Source: Eledone cirrhosa
Taxonomy: Eukaryota
Assembly (NCBI GenBank): GCA_964016885.1
Contig: OZ024740.1
Coordinates: 128,650,001-128,714,000, forward strand
DNA length: 64,000 nt
Reading direction: 5' to 3'
Shown: in pieces, positions 14,399-28,598 of the stretch
How the letters are laid out: every line of letters starts with the position of its first letter
Position numbering within the stretch: position 1 is the first letter of the stretch
Position numbers and translations under genes: made by a program
The notes under the pieces: model-generated
The model's input: the letters and a program-made list of their open reading frames with translations, nothing else
What the model was told of the DNA's origin: nothing
Database searches by the model: none

Positions 14399-14400
<2 letters not shown>
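13810..14400 (+). mobile_element. Non-autonomous RTE-derived element, copy 2
   Basis: Shares GGCGACTAAACTG, CCCACCAAGGTT, GAGAGTCAATGGC.ATCCA, GTCTAGGAGAAGGAAAACTCTGAT and GCACAGGCAT with copy 1. Ends in GGCAGCCACCATC followed by (TA)n. Confidence 0.6.
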
Positions 14401-14469
<69 letters not shown>

Positions 14470-14472
14470 ATA

Positions 14473-14572
14473 TCGCCGTATTTTGACTAAAGAAATTAAA
14501 GAAATTATTTAGCGTGATAGTGGGGTTAAGAACTCTCGGAGAAATGGAAAAAGATGAGTATTGACGTACATG
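14473..14572 (-). mobile_element. Truncated copy of the tRNA-containing foldback family at 61.4-61.9 kb
   Basis: CCGTATTTTG.ACTAAAGAAAT...ATAGTGGGGTT...CTCGGAGAAATGGAAAAAGATGAGT.TTG.CGTACAT matches 61465-61550. Confidence 0.85.
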
Positions 14573-15985
14573 TGTGTATGTATGTATATATATTAACTGT
14601 TTGGTTAAGTTTGGTGTTCTGTTATTATTTCTGGCAATATTATAAGAATATGATCCTCCCCAAGAATAACAATATTTGTTTCGACACCCCCCCCCCCCCC
14701 CCACACACACACACAAATATATATATATATATATAATCTGAACGATTTATAATGAAATTAAAATATTATATAATTCTTATTAAAAACTCTGTTGTTGTTT
14801 TCACGTAACGAAAACTTAATTTAGACAACTTGCAAACAGTTGATGTTAGAAAAGAAATTAAAGAGAAACAAAAATAAATTAAGATAGAGAAAAAAAGAAA
14901 GAAAAAAAAGGAAACGCATACGATGAATATGAAAATTAAAGAAATACCCCTCAAACAGCCGAAAATTATGATTTAAGACAAGAAAAGGATTAATGAATTT
15001 ATAGTTATGGAAAACAAATAACAGCTTAATTAACTTAAATGTATTCTTTAAAAAATGCATAACAATATCGTATCTAATTAGTGAAACAAATAATGTAATC
15101 AAGTAATTGAAATGTGAAAAATACTATCAGTTCATTACAGATATCTGACGTGTGAATGTACTATTGAGCATAAATAAAGAATAAAATAATGTACTAGATA
15201 CATTCTAGTTTACAAAGAAGGTGAATCGTTATAGAAATACAGTGAAAGAGGGCATTGCTTTTAGCCAGCCGCCAAGAATTCAGATGCATATAAACTGGGA
15301 TTAACTTTACTGTTTATTTTGTTATTTCCCCTTATCAAAAAGAATGAGTAGTACATTTTTTTACATATGACACTCCGGATAATATCTAGGCTGCCTTATG
15401 CACAAAGTTGGAAAATAAATGATTATCTTGACCTAGGAAGTTTAAAAAAATCAGGCATGATTGGATTTCAAGAGCCATCAGCTAGCATATGCCTGATAGT
15501 TTACATTGTTTATGTGTTAAAAAGAGCATGCTTGGAAACAATTTGGCGTCACATCTTACCTATTGATGAATGTATATTAAAGCTACTAATTGGCTGAGAA
15601 ATTGGTGCGTCGGGTAAAACGCATTCCAGCATTTATTCCGGCTCTCTGTGCTCTGATAGTAAATCTCCCCTATGTTAACTTTGCTCTTTATATTCTTAGG
15701 ATCACTGGAATTTTAGTGAAATACTGAAATCGATTTCTCTTTTCCTACTTTTTTTCACAAACACTTTTTGCTCTCTTTTCTCTCAACGTCATATGACGTG
15801 TTACCGGGGACAACTCGTCGATTCACCGCATTCCTTTCTCAAGAAATGTTGAAGGGTTCAGGGAAAGGCTAGCATATATTTTACATAGGGAATCAGGCAT
15901 ATCCATCGAGCCCTCAATAGATGAAGCCATGTGTCGTAACGGAAATGATGATAACTACTACTACTACTACTGCTACTACTACTAC

Positions 15986-16037
<52 letters not shown>

Positions 16038-16600
16038 GCTGCTGTTGCTGCTGCAAATAGAATACACACCCACATGTACAATTACTTCCATACGAGAGGC
16101 ATCTGCAAGCTGTTTGTTTACCATTTTATTCTAATGAGACATTGGGCAACAAGAATACAACACGAAAAATAGCTTTTAAACTCCGAAAAGACCATATATT
16201 ATCGCCACCACCACCACCACTACCACCACCACTATCATCATCATCATCATCATCATCATTATCACCTTCTTCTTCTTCTTCTTCTTCTTCTTCTTCTTCT
16301 TCTTCTTCTTCTTCTTCTTCTTCTTCTTCTTCTTCTTCTTCTTCTAGCGCCAGAGTGTCATATTAGAAGCAACCATCTCCAAAAGATCCATCGGGAATCA
16401 TAGATGACAATAACCAAGTTCATGGATGTTACCATACCATCCTGATCATGATCATTCGCTTCGCCTAGTTGTATTACACACACATTTGTATATATATAGT
16501 GTAGGTTAGTCAGTATCCTTGAGGTTTACTATATTAAGGCTTGATGCTAAGCGAGAATGTATATATTCAGAAACATGACGATGTTTCACATGAATGTTTG

Positions 16601-16840
16601 TATTGATTAAAACCAGCTACAAAAGCTTTACAGATGGTTGGCTCAAATCTATATTTGTCTTATTGATGAGACTCCATATAAGTTTACTCATCAGGCTTGC
16701 TAATCAAGCAAAACACAAAATGTCATATTTTATATTTACAAATAGAATGAGCAGATTGATGGTGGTGTCGGGTCTATAAGACAAATAACGGCGTTGAGCT
16801 AGTCATCTGTGAAACCTTTGTAAGTGGTTTTAATCAATAA
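16601..16840. repeat. Old diverged foldback with about 47-bp arms
   Basis: TATTGATTAAAACCAGCTACAAAAGCTTTACAGATGGTTGGCTCAA (16601-16647) is an imperfect reverse complement of 16794-16840. Confidence 0.7.
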
Positions 16841-16894
16841 AACTCTGAAACTACGCCAGGTTAATCCTAATGTATATATATATATATATATATA

Positions 16895-17325
16895 TATATT
16901 GGTAAACGGAATAGAAAATGCTGACAAATTGTTCACAGTTGAAAAATGGTTTAATTAGGAATAAAAGAGTATTAGTGATTGTATGGGTTAGTATTCAGTT
17001 GTGGTTTTAAGTTTTTAAATTTTTACCGGTTGCGCATTTCTAAATGCTTTTCAAAAATAATTTTGAGATAGAGTGTCCGTGTTGTTTGCTCAGATCAGAG
17101 CAAACAACACGGACACTCTATCTCAAAATTATTTTTGAAAAGCATTTAGAAATGCGCAACCGGTAAAAATTTAAAAACTTAAAACCACAACTGAATACTA
17201 ACCCATACAATCACTAATACTCTTTTATTCCTAATTAAACCATTTTTCAACTGTGAACAATTTGTCACCATTTTCTATTCCGTTTACCAATATATAATAA
17301 CTTGTGTGTTACACCTCTATTCTTT

Positions 17326-17329
<4 letters not shown>
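16895..17329 (+). mobile_element. Near-perfect 400-bp palindrome plus tail: solo PLE terminus in (TA)n
   Basis: Arms of about 197 bp (16895-17091 and 17098-17295), a 6-nt loop and a 34-nt tail. Homologous to the end of the PLE at 60030-60198. Confidence 0.9.
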
Positions 17330-17387
<58 letters not shown>

Positions 17388-18065
17388 AGTGTAAGAGCAC
17401 TCAGTCCATAGGAGGAATCTAGTAGAAATAGTAGAAATTGGGGCGCAGGACCCAAAGAAACTTGAGTACCTGTCTGTGCCACAGTTGTAATTATGTATAT
17501 ATATATATATATACTGATTGGCGTCTCATAATAATAGTGCATAAAATGTAACTTTAATCTACGCGACTACTTACCACTTATTTAGCTAATTCATAAATAA
17601 AACTTTTAGTACAGAGAATACAGACACACAAACACTCAAACCCACATACATATGCACGCAAACAGGCATATATAAACAGCCGATCAACCATACACATATA
17701 TCTATTTATAAGAAATTTATATTGCTGTCAGATTTAATAATTCCTTTCTTCAGGAGATATAGTATTCGTTAAGTACGAAGTTCACGAATTAGACTTATTG
17801 AGAGAATATCAATAAACGCCGATGGTGTATTGCGTTTCTTTTTGTATTTTCTCACTATCTTTGCCCTGCATTATTCTACTGTCTCGAACCTATTATTTAT
17901 TGTGCACTTTTCTCAGAATATTTCTCATATTTCTTCATAATTTGATGATTCCTAGTATCTATCAATCTATCAATCTGTAAACAGACACACTCGCCAACAC
18001 ACACCATTATATATAAATATAATTTTATATATATATATATATAATATATGTGTGTGTGTGTGCGT

Positions 18066-18125
<60 letters not shown>

Positions 18126-18421
18126 TGCATGTGTGTGAGTGTAAAACTGCAGCCGTCACAATAAATTAAATATGATTTGGTAGCATGAAACATGCTTTAG
18201 TAAATGTTTTAGCGACTCGATCTTTCGAAAGTAGATACAGACACTATCTTTGGACTCTAACCTTGCTCCAGTAAAACATCCAGTGGAAAGAAAATGCATT
18301 TCAGTAACACTAAACTGATACATCCTAAATCGACCAGGAAGAGATGTGAGACAAATTGGACATCGATGGGATTTGTTGAAATAATAACGATTAAATTATA
18401 CAAAGGCAAAATCAACATCTT

Positions 18422-18498
<77 letters not shown>

Positions 18499-18610
18499 GC
18501 ACGCACGCACGCACACACGCACGCACACACACTCACACACCCACACACAAATATATATATATGTATAAAAATATATAAATATTTACACTGGCTCTGGCAG
18601 TTGGCAGGTG

Positions 18611-18670
18611 AACAGTGAACTGCACTGATGAAGGGTGATACCCAGAAACATTAGTGTCTGCAGTTCTGTT
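18611..18670 (+). ncRNA. Canonical type I hammerhead ribozyme
   Basis: Stem I GAACTGCA/TGCAGTTC (extended by AACA/TGTT), core CTGATGA at 18625, stem II GGGT-GAT-ACCC, GAAAC, stem III ACA-TTAG-TGT, predicted cleavage after GTC (18658). Confidence 0.85.
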
Positions 18671-19745
18671 TACATGCAAACACAAGAGCAAGAATGAGGG
18701 GCTCATTCTACTAACATGGCTTTAAAAAAGAGGCTGTTTGCATAATTACAAATAAATCGAATATTATTATTAATATTCGATATATATATATTTACATTCA
18801 TTTTATTAAGGCACAATATTGAGTTGTCTTACTCCGAGGGTTCGATAGTAAGACTAACTATTAAGCCATTGAGTACTCTATTCTCCCTTACGACAATCAC
18901 ATATGGATATCTATAATCTTCAGACTCGAATAAATTATTGGTAGAATAAGAATAAATAACAAACTTAAAAATAATTATATACTGTGATTCATATGACCAA
19001 CTAAAAACCCTTCAAGCATAACTTCAATCGAGAGAAAAAAAGCAGTAAATGTATATGCGAATATGAATACTGTAGGAAATATTATTTCTATCACAATTAT
19101 TTATGACATCATTTCAGCGAGCTTCGTTATTGGTTGTGAAAAAATATTAATAAACGTTCCTAAAAATGACACAAGTTTAAACATTTTCGAAGAAAATAAT
19201 TAATAGACTCTATAGAGCGTAATACTTGAAAGGTACGTATGTTATAAAGCGTTGAATGATAAAAGACCAAGCCTACCGTGATTTTATTTGAACTGCAGAA
19301 TTCAAGGGTTAAATGATTACGTATATACACGTGTGTGAATGTAGGAATATGTATGCATGTATGGGTATTTACATAAATGTGCGTCTGTCTTTAACCATAC
19401 AGAGTATATCGAAATACATCTAACTATACGTCACGCGCATACCCTTTGTTAGCTGAGAAAAAATGCACAAAAATATCTATAAATGATTCTTTTGTTTCAT
19501 GTAACTATCTGGGATCTATTACTGAAGTCTTTTTTTTTTTATTTCTCGCTAACAATGGGCATTGATCAGACAACTTCCAGTTGCATCAGAAAGTCAATAT
19601 GAGGCTGTCAGGGAACAGACACAAGCAAACAAAGGATGCGCATGAACAAGCATTATAGCACAAAAAAAAAAACGATAAGTTTGAAAAATGTACAGACATG
19701 TATATCTGTATATATTTATATATTTATATACACACACACATCTAT

Positions 19746-19829
<84 letters not shown>

Positions 19830-19936
19830 TTATATGTATGTGTATATGTGTGTCTGCGTGGGGTACATAGTTATCTTGACTAAGCTATTAATGTTGTTAC
19901 AGTTATTAGAGAAGACATATATATAATATATATATC

Positions 19937-19979
<43 letters not shown>

Positions 19980-20289
19980 TATACATATATGTGCGTATGC
20001 TTGTTTGTACAATCGTAGAAGCTTCATTTGCTGCATTGTGTTAGCATTATATCCCGCTGTAAACCGTTAATAATCAATTACTATATTATTTAGGAAGGTC
20101 TTGTTTTATCGCTACCTGTAAAAGGCGAGAGTTGGCTTTCTCATGTATTGACATCTATGTGAGGAGCTGATTTGCATTTCTGCTGAGTCATGGGGGAGGG
20201 CAAATATAAATGTCCTGAACGTAACTGTGTTCATAAAACTGGATTTCATTAACTTTATTATATATCTCATAATTTCTTCTACATATTTC

Positions 20290-20630
20290 TTCTAACATTG
20301 ATGATGGCAGAAACAGAAGTAACACTTTTAAAACAATGTAAATATGTCCTACAAAAACGCGGGATGGCCCAAAATGGCGAAGCAAAATTTCGTGGAAGCA
20401 TATGCCACTAAACCAAATGCATCACAAACAATCTGAAGAAGCACTCCACGTACAGGCCACGGGCTATATTCACTTACTTCCAACAATAGCTTACTTGTGT
20501 CCCACATGTGGGCTTTGTGCGCAGGATTATAGTGCTAAAAAATGTAACAACTAGAGATTCAGCCACATATCCACTACTCACATTGAAGTCGTGGTCCTCT
20601 TCAACGGCGAAGGACAATCACTACACACAC
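20290..20630 (+). mobile_element. Old RTE-clade LINE 3' fragment
   Basis: Decayed C-terminal TCPTCG-like motif (20495-20515) and 3' tail GGTCCTCTTCAACGGCGAAGGACAATCAC followed by short (CA)n. Confidence 0.5.
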
Positions 20631-20886
20631 ATTAATTATAGGTCTATTCGTGGCTGGTCATTTCACTGGCAAGTCACTGGCAAAGCGGTTGCTTGCATGT
20701 CTTTTCTAGGACGATTCTCATTGGTGATGAAGTTTACCTGAATTATCTCATATTTCGCACTTATGTGGGACACTTCAAATAATATAGTATTACACACACA
20801 CACACAAACTCACAAACAAACACACACACAACACATATACACAAACACAAAAACACACTAACACATACACACTCACATACACACGC

Positions 20887-20922
<36 letters not shown>

Positions 20923-21069
20923 ACATATATATATATACACATATATATATATATATATTACGTAGGTATATATAACCAGAACTAACCAATTATAACTGAT
21001 ATTCTTGATGTTTTCATATGAATAAAACCATACTAGTCATCTAGAAGTCATTTCTATATCTAATAAAGT

Positions 21070-21107
<38 letters not shown>

Positions 21108-21619
21108 ATACGTTTATTTTTATTTGTTTGTATTCCCCCCTTCCTCTCACTTATCGTTGTCAGCACATATCTTTTATTTTTGACTTTGTATTTTTTGTTC
21201 TTATTCATTTATTTATTTATTCTTATTACTTCATGTATTTGTATGTGCATGTATTTTGTCCATGCCTGTAGATACATATACGCTTATGTGACAAAGTTAC
21301 GTCTACGTGCTTTTTAAGTGTATGCGCGTGTTTATATATTTATTGTTTTTATATTTACATATGTATTTTTCCTTTTTTCTTTTTTTCCTTTTTTCTCTTC
21401 TTCTTCGCCCGTGGTTTCATCAGCCTCACTTTCATATTTCTTATATTTTGTTTTTATATGCATATTTAATAAAAACACCATATTTTATTTACTCTTTCAA
21501 GAAGCCACTGGTAAATGAAATAATTACCTTCTGTTGTTTATTACATAACTAATAAGTTCTGTAGCCTGCATAGAGCAGAGCACTCTTTTTTCCTGTACCT
21601 TTCCGACGGAATTATTTCA

Positions 21620-21655
<36 letters not shown>

Positions 21656-21658
<3 letters not shown>

Positions 21659-21842
21659 AAGTATGACCCCGACGGCAGAGCTCAAGCCGTTTCGACGGCT
21701 ATTTCAGTCCTGAAATAGCCGTCGAAACGGCTTGAGCTCTGCCGTCGGGGTCATACTTTTTACTATTTCCCACTCTACTACCTTAAGTATTGAGTACTCT
21801 GGTGCGTTATGGTCCATTTGGTTCATTACCACAATTCCTTTG

Positions 21843-21844
<2 letters not shown>
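21656..21844 (+). mobile_element. Perfect 52-bp-arm hairpin plus tail in (TA)n
   Basis: Arms 21656-21707 and 21710-21761 are exact reverse complements with a 2-nt loop. The tail contains TGAGTACT at 21791. Confidence 0.88.
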
Positions 21845-21894
<50 letters not shown>

Positions 21895-24712
21895 AGATAG
21901 ATATATTTCTTTATTAGCCACAGGGGCACAAAAGAAGGGGACAAATACAAAGGGGGAAGTTTACATACAATAAAAACGTGTAAAATGTTATCACAGATGG
22001 AATTTAAAAGTTAGTCGATTTTCCCCAATAGAGGGAGACAGTTTATATGGGTAACACAGACCCCCGAAAAAAATGTGCAACCCTCATCTCCAGGAGTACG
22101 AAGAGCTTGTACTCCTTTCCTCTCCTCCCCCTTTTCCTCAACCTACAGGCTGATATAGAGAGAATAGATAGATAGATAGATAGATACATAGATAAATCGA
22201 TAGATAGATAGTTAGATAGATAGATACACACATGTATGTGTATATATATATATCTGTTGTGTGTTCATGTGTATGAGTATATGTGCCTTTGTGTGTGTGT
22301 ATACGTGTGTTGGTATATGTGTTTTTGTGTGCGTGTAGGTGTATTGGTGTGTGTTTATACACATTTCCATATCGATCAGGATATCCAGATTAGTTTACAT
22401 GTACTCCAGTTCTTTTTTCCTTGAGTTAAAATATGTCTGTTCGTGTTAACGTACAGCCATACTTTCGTTTTATTTCTCTCTCTGTCTCTGTCTGAATATC
22501 TCTCTTTCTCTTTCTCTCTCACTCTCTCTCTCTCTGTCCCTCTCTCTCTCACACTCACTCTTTCTTTTTTTTTCATTTTTCCTATAAAGAATGTTATAGG
22601 TGCACATAAATTACACACATCTTTGAACATGACAGATCCTGTCAGTCTGAATATGGTCTGGATGAATCAAACATATGTGTGGGCTGCTTTCTATATGTGC
22701 GTGCACTTTGGCATCACTATGTCCGTATATATATATATACGTGTTTGTGTGTCTGTCTATACGTGTATGTATATGTGTACATGTGTTCATGTGCGTGTAA
22801 TTGTCTCTAAATGTAAGTGTTACTCTGTAGGTGCGCTTTGTTTGTACATGTATGTATTTGTGTGTCTGTGTCTAAGTTTGTGTATGCGTATATGTGCTTT
22901 ATTATGTGCGATTTTCTTCGTATGTATGTGTTTTCTGTAGACGTAAACATTGTTTTATATTTGGCATATCTATGTTTGAACATGTATGTATATGTGTGTA
23001 TATGGCTATGTGTATGTGCAGGATTTGCTTATGTGTTTATGTGTACATCTGTATATGTGTGTGTTGTTGTGTGTGTCTGCATGTGTGTTCTCTATAGAAA
23101 TGACGTTACTCACACTATACACCTATGATATATGAATACATTATTATTTGTATGGATTATTAGCCACACACAAGAATAAAATGTAATGTATCTTCGTCGG
23201 TTGCGAAGATGAGTGTTCCAGTTGTTTGATCAAATGAATATATATATTTCTTTCTTAAAAGAACGACTCATAAAGACTTAGAGAGAGATCAGAGTCAAAT
23301 CTTTCAAGAATCATTAATTAAATAAATGAAAATAAATATACAGTACTTCATGTATTGTACATTTAGCCGGATATTATGCTTCTCTACATTCTAAACATGA
23401 ACACATACAATTACATATATATGATGGTGCGTGCGTATGTATGCATGGAAGCAACTATGTAAGCATATATGTATGCATGGATATATGTATGCATACATTT
23501 ATGCATTTATGTATTTATGTATGTATGCATTTATGTATGCATGCATGTATGTATATATACATGAAGCTAAGATCAATTGCCTTAACTTGAGCAGAAGTAT
23601 ATCCAGATTAAATCAAAGCCAACCACGAACACAGACAAATATAAACTATACACCTTCAATTAACCTCAGTCACCCAACCCATACCAATGTAGGATTAGAT
23701 AAATCACGTTAGCGCTTCTAAATATATCCCAAACTTAGTTAAGTCAGGCACCGCCAGGTCCTAATCAGTGGTATAATGATGACGGGAATAGAAAGACTGC
23801 AGCTATCGTATTACGTAATATATATATAATCATAATTATTATCCGCAGCGACTACGCCCCGATAAAGTAGTTAGTCATGGTCCACACACAGTGCACTGGC
23901 CTAGGATATTTTCTCCGAGTTATAGCCTTAAATATTTTCTCCGCGTTATAGCCTTAAATAGTGCAACGGGAAAAGACTCCCTGAAAATTAAACCGATTAA
24001 CTCGATGAAACTACAACCCGAAGTTAAATGCCCTGGGAAAATACGACCAAATAAAAAGGCCTTTAAAACCAGATATCAAATTGCTGAAAGCCTGATTTCA
24101 AACCCAAACAAAATAAACTAAATCTAATAAAAGTTAAATGAAGGAATCTTGTATCAGAACCTATTACAATCCGTACAACACACTTAAAAATGAAAAAAAA
24201 AAAATATTTATAGATTTAAAAATACTAACTAACGTTATTGAGATATGAACAACTGAATAATTTATTAAATAAATTATTTTATAAACAAATCAAATTAATC
24301 TAAATAAATATTAAGAAAAACACTACCTAAAAATTAATAAGAATGTATCTTGTCAAAACTACCTCGTTTAAAAAATACCCGTTGCGATGTTGAATCCGTA
24401 TGTATGTATATATTTTCTTCTGGTTTTATAATATTATAAATATTTACCAATAGGTAGAGAATCGGTTTCTAACATAGACACAAGATTCTCTCATTGGAAT
24501 TTAAACAACTTCAACTAGTTAAATATGTGTGCATGTCCATATGTTTTGTATGTGAACAAGTGTACATGCAGTTCTTAGATGCAGCATTTTTGGAATGTTT
24601 ACATATTTTTACTTAATGTATATATGCATGTATGTATCTATATATGTGTGTATGTCTCTCTCTCTATATATATATATATGTGTGTGTGCATGTATATATA
24701 TATGTATGTATA

Positions 24713-24743
<31 letters not shown>

Positions 24744-24771
24744 CTTTTCCCTTTTTTTTTTTTTTTTTTTT

Positions 24772-24813
<42 letters not shown>

Positions 24814-24903
24814 TTTTTATTTATTTATTTATTTATTTATTTATTTTTTTTTTATTTTTTATTTTTTTATTGTGCAATGGCCATACTCGATAACGAGGGG
24901 GCA

Positions 24904-25041
<138 letters not shown>

Positions 25042-25929
25042 GTATCCATGTATGTAAGTGCGTATGTATGTATATATCTATGCATATGATGTGTGCAATA
25101 ATATGAATAAGTTTGTTTGAATGTATAATCTTTGTGTGAGTGTATGTATGCATCAGTACCAAAATATCTCACTCTGCAGGTGGACAAACATGACACCACA
25201 AAACACGTCACGTCAATCAAATTCAAGCAGGCGGGAAACTTAGCTGCACAAAGTGGGGTATGACATGTAAATCTCTTCCTGATGTGATGAGCCATCTACG
25301 ATCTAAGACAACATCAATTATAACAATATCAATAACACGTTTCTGCAAATAAATGCTTTTTCTTTTTCTTCTTTTTTTGCTCTAAGAAATGGCCGTAGTG
25401 GGACACGCGTTTGCTATCACTATGTATATATGTATGCATGCTTGAATGAATGTAAGTATGCATGCATGCAAGTACATATATATTTGTGTGTGCGTGTGTC
25501 TCTGTATGTTTGTGGTTTGTATATATATATATCATCATTATCTATAAAAGGCAGATTGTTGTTGTTGTGTGTGTGTGTGCACATGTTCCATGTTTATACA
25601 TTTGCACAATTTCAAACCGATTCGACTCCACGTCTGTGAGAATGTTGCAAATGGTCTAACTTAGGTCACTGACTATTTATTCCTTTCAAACTCACCCAGC
25701 ATTATGGAAATAATCGATAAAACTAAATACATGACGCTTTACTCCTCTAATAGAATCTGCTTAACTCTCTCTACTCCCCTTCAAATTCGATAAAACTACA
25801 TACATGCTTACAAACTTCCTTTAGGAACGCCGAAGAGAGAGAATAGAGTGAGAGGGAGAGAGAGAGAGAACGTTGGTTTTTGAGTGTGGAACGGTCAAAC
25901 ATTTATTTACTACAATAGCAAAGAGTGCT

Positions 25930-26148
25930 TAACTCTTCCCCATATCACACCCCTCCTTACTGATCTTAAATTTAGAAAACATATCTTCTATGAGATCATC
26001 ACTAAACCTGCTAGAAACAGCAGCTAACTCTCCCCCATATCACACCACTCTCTACTGTCTTAAACTTAGAAAACATATCCTCTATGAGGTCACTAAACCT
26101 GCTAGAAACAGCAGCTAACTCTCACCCATATCACACCCCTCCCCACTG
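25930..26148 (+). repeat. Tandem repeat, about 100-bp unit x2 plus a partial third
   Basis: TAACTCT..CCCATATCACACC..TC..ACTG occurs 3 times. CACTAAACCTGCTAGAAACAGCAGC occurs twice. Confidence 0.85.
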
Positions 26149-26701
26149 TGTTACATTTTTTTATAGATATATGTTTTTTAGAGATATATGTGTATGTACG
26201 TGCGTACCTTGTTTGTTTTCTTTTCTCTAGTGTTAATTGATTACTTTCTCTTTGATTTAACACTTTTTTCATTCTCATATATTGTTTCATTTTTATACAT
26301 ATATCGAGAATAACACTTCTTTTTACTATTACACCCCCTTCCCTCTTTATCTTCCGCATATAAGTGACTGCGCGTGTGTGTGTGTTTATACGCGTGCTTT
26401 CATACTCGTATGTGTATTTAATACCTCTATCTGGATGCGTGTCAACTATATTATCATTTTCTTTTTCAACTCATATTATATACGTATTTGTGGTCACATA
26501 TACACAAACATACTTGCCCTGATATATGTACTTACGCACACATTTTCACCATACACATGCATTTGTACATACACACATATGTACATTTGTGAATGTATAT
26601 ACATACATATACACATACCCTAACTATATTTCCTTATATTTTTTATATATTTTTTGTATTTCTTGGGGAGCCTTTCCAAATATTCACTATGTTTTATATT
26701 G

Positions 26702-26769
26702 CCTTGTCCGACGAACAAATGAGGACGTTTTTCGTATTCGTCTTATTCGGGAAACCTCTGGTAATGAGG
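26702..26769 (+). ncRNA. Hammerhead-like motif with CCGACGA core
   Basis: Stem I CCTTGT/ATGAGG (2 G-U pairs), CCGACGA, stem II ATGAGGACG/CGTCTTAT, GAAAC-CTCTG-GTA. Confidence 0.55.
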
Positions 26770-26797
26770 TAATTATATAGTATTGTTTATTATACAT

Positions 26798-26846
<49 letters not shown>

Positions 26847-28292
26847 AACATACATATGTATATAATATTGGGTATGAATTGAGTAGGAAAAGCGCCGGCT
26901 GAGCGACAATGAATGAAGCCTCTCTGCATATGTGACAAGTCTGCATGCTTATTCTGCAGAAACTGCGTTATGGTTTTCGAGAACATTGATGAGCTGAGAA
27001 TTCGGGCTGCGTCTTTGGGCGTTAGCCGAGTTCCGAACAGGACGGAATGGGTGCTGAGTACGGCGTCGCGGAATTTGGTCTTTTCGTAGCTAAAGTTTAT
27101 CACATTTGACTCACATGAGTTGCTCTTGAGTCCTAGGAGCATTGGAACTGGGGTGATTAACCGAAAACCCTCAACTACTGTCTCAGCCGATCCACCCACG
27201 GTCGCGGTGTACATGTGCGAAACCTTGAGGGGCAACCAGACCGAGCGGTCAAAGTCGTCGACTGTCTACGCTGAGAGGAGCGGCAGAGTGGGTCTTCTTG
27301 ATGGACACCCGTAGTGGAAGTATCCCTGTTGTCGGCGGCCATGAGTAAACTGGGTCTACCGATCACTAAAATAATGTTTAATATTGATTTAGGAATGTCA
27401 GTTATTATTCACTCTTCCCGTATTTGGCTATATATATATCTAGGTATATGAGGTGAAATGATAGTTTCGTTAGCCCGTCGGATATAATTGTTTGCATTAT
27501 TTCGTCCACTTCTATGAGCTATGAGTTTACAATCCAACTGATATAAATGTTCATCCTTTTGATGTCGATAAATTGGAAACCAGTTCACTAGGGGTATTAA
27601 TGCTTATTCTATATCTCTTACGTCAACTCTCAATCTCTATATCTCATCCTCTGTATTAAGTCCTAGAAATATAGGGCTGTAATATAGGGCTGAAATATAG
27701 GGCTGTACAAGTTTTAAATGCTCATAATGGCGTCCCTAGCAATCCAGTAAGAGTTAAGGGTCCATGGATGAGTAGATATATATATACAACTATGGAAATA
27801 AGATGTGTCTAGTTTCAAAGATACTAAATTTTTGTCGCGTTAATAAATAAATTACACAGGGTCACATGATTAAATTGTGGTCTGACGAAATAAGTGAAAG
27901 ATTTGATGGTCATATGAGATGAAAACATGTACCTTGTTTTCATACATTGAAGTGAATTGACATGCTATTTATTCAAGTAGATTACCAGAAGAAATTATTT
28001 GAAATTAATTTGAAAAGTTCCCAGACATAGTGATTAAATCTAGCATAGAGGATTTTCTGGTACTCGTTAATCCTATATATAAGCTTTCGGATTAAGCGTT
28101 CACACTGTCAGTCGAAAATGGCTGTCATTCTTATGCCCACAAAAATAGATATTACGAATAGATACTCGCGATCGTGCACACACACATGAACACACAGAAT
28201 GAACAAATGTATAGACATCATGCCTGAAAATGAACATCAATCGACCAGCGATTTATTCATGTGTATATAACATAATCATCATCATCGTCGTT

Positions 28293-28357
<65 letters not shown>

Positions 28358-28419
28358 TGCTGTTGTTGTTGTTGTTGTTCTTCTTCTTCTTCTCGTTTTT
28401 CTTCGTCTTCTTATTGTTA

Positions 28420-28598
28420 CATCGGTAGAGGGTCGGACGCCATGCTTTGCAGCAAAGAGTTACGGCCCTTTATGGTCTGAGTTCAAATCCCGCAGAGGTT
28501 AACTTTGCTATTCATCCTTATGGGGTCGATAAAATAAAGTACCAGTAATACACTGGGATGATTCCTGGCCTTGTGCCAAAAGTAGAAACAATTATTAT
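28420..28598 (+). mobile_element. tRNA-derived SINE, 5'-clipped
   Basis: CGGTAGAGGGTCGGACGCCATGC...GAGTTCAAATCCCG...GGGGTCGATAAAATAAAGTACCAG...GGCCTTGTGCCAAAAGTAGAAACAATTATT. Confidence 0.88.

Noticed and set aside
16895-17329. Interpreting the hairpins as MITEs or DNA-transposon TIRs
   Set aside because: One-sided tails, loops as short as 0-11 nt, hammerhead motifs and homology to PLE termini fit retroelement foldback better.
25930-26148. CRISPR-like repeat-spacer array
   Set aside because: Whole units are duplicated with no unique spacers, the context is eukaryotic, and there are no cas genes.
27667-27707. AATATAGGGCTG x3
   Set aside because: A short local slippage repeat with no supportable function.
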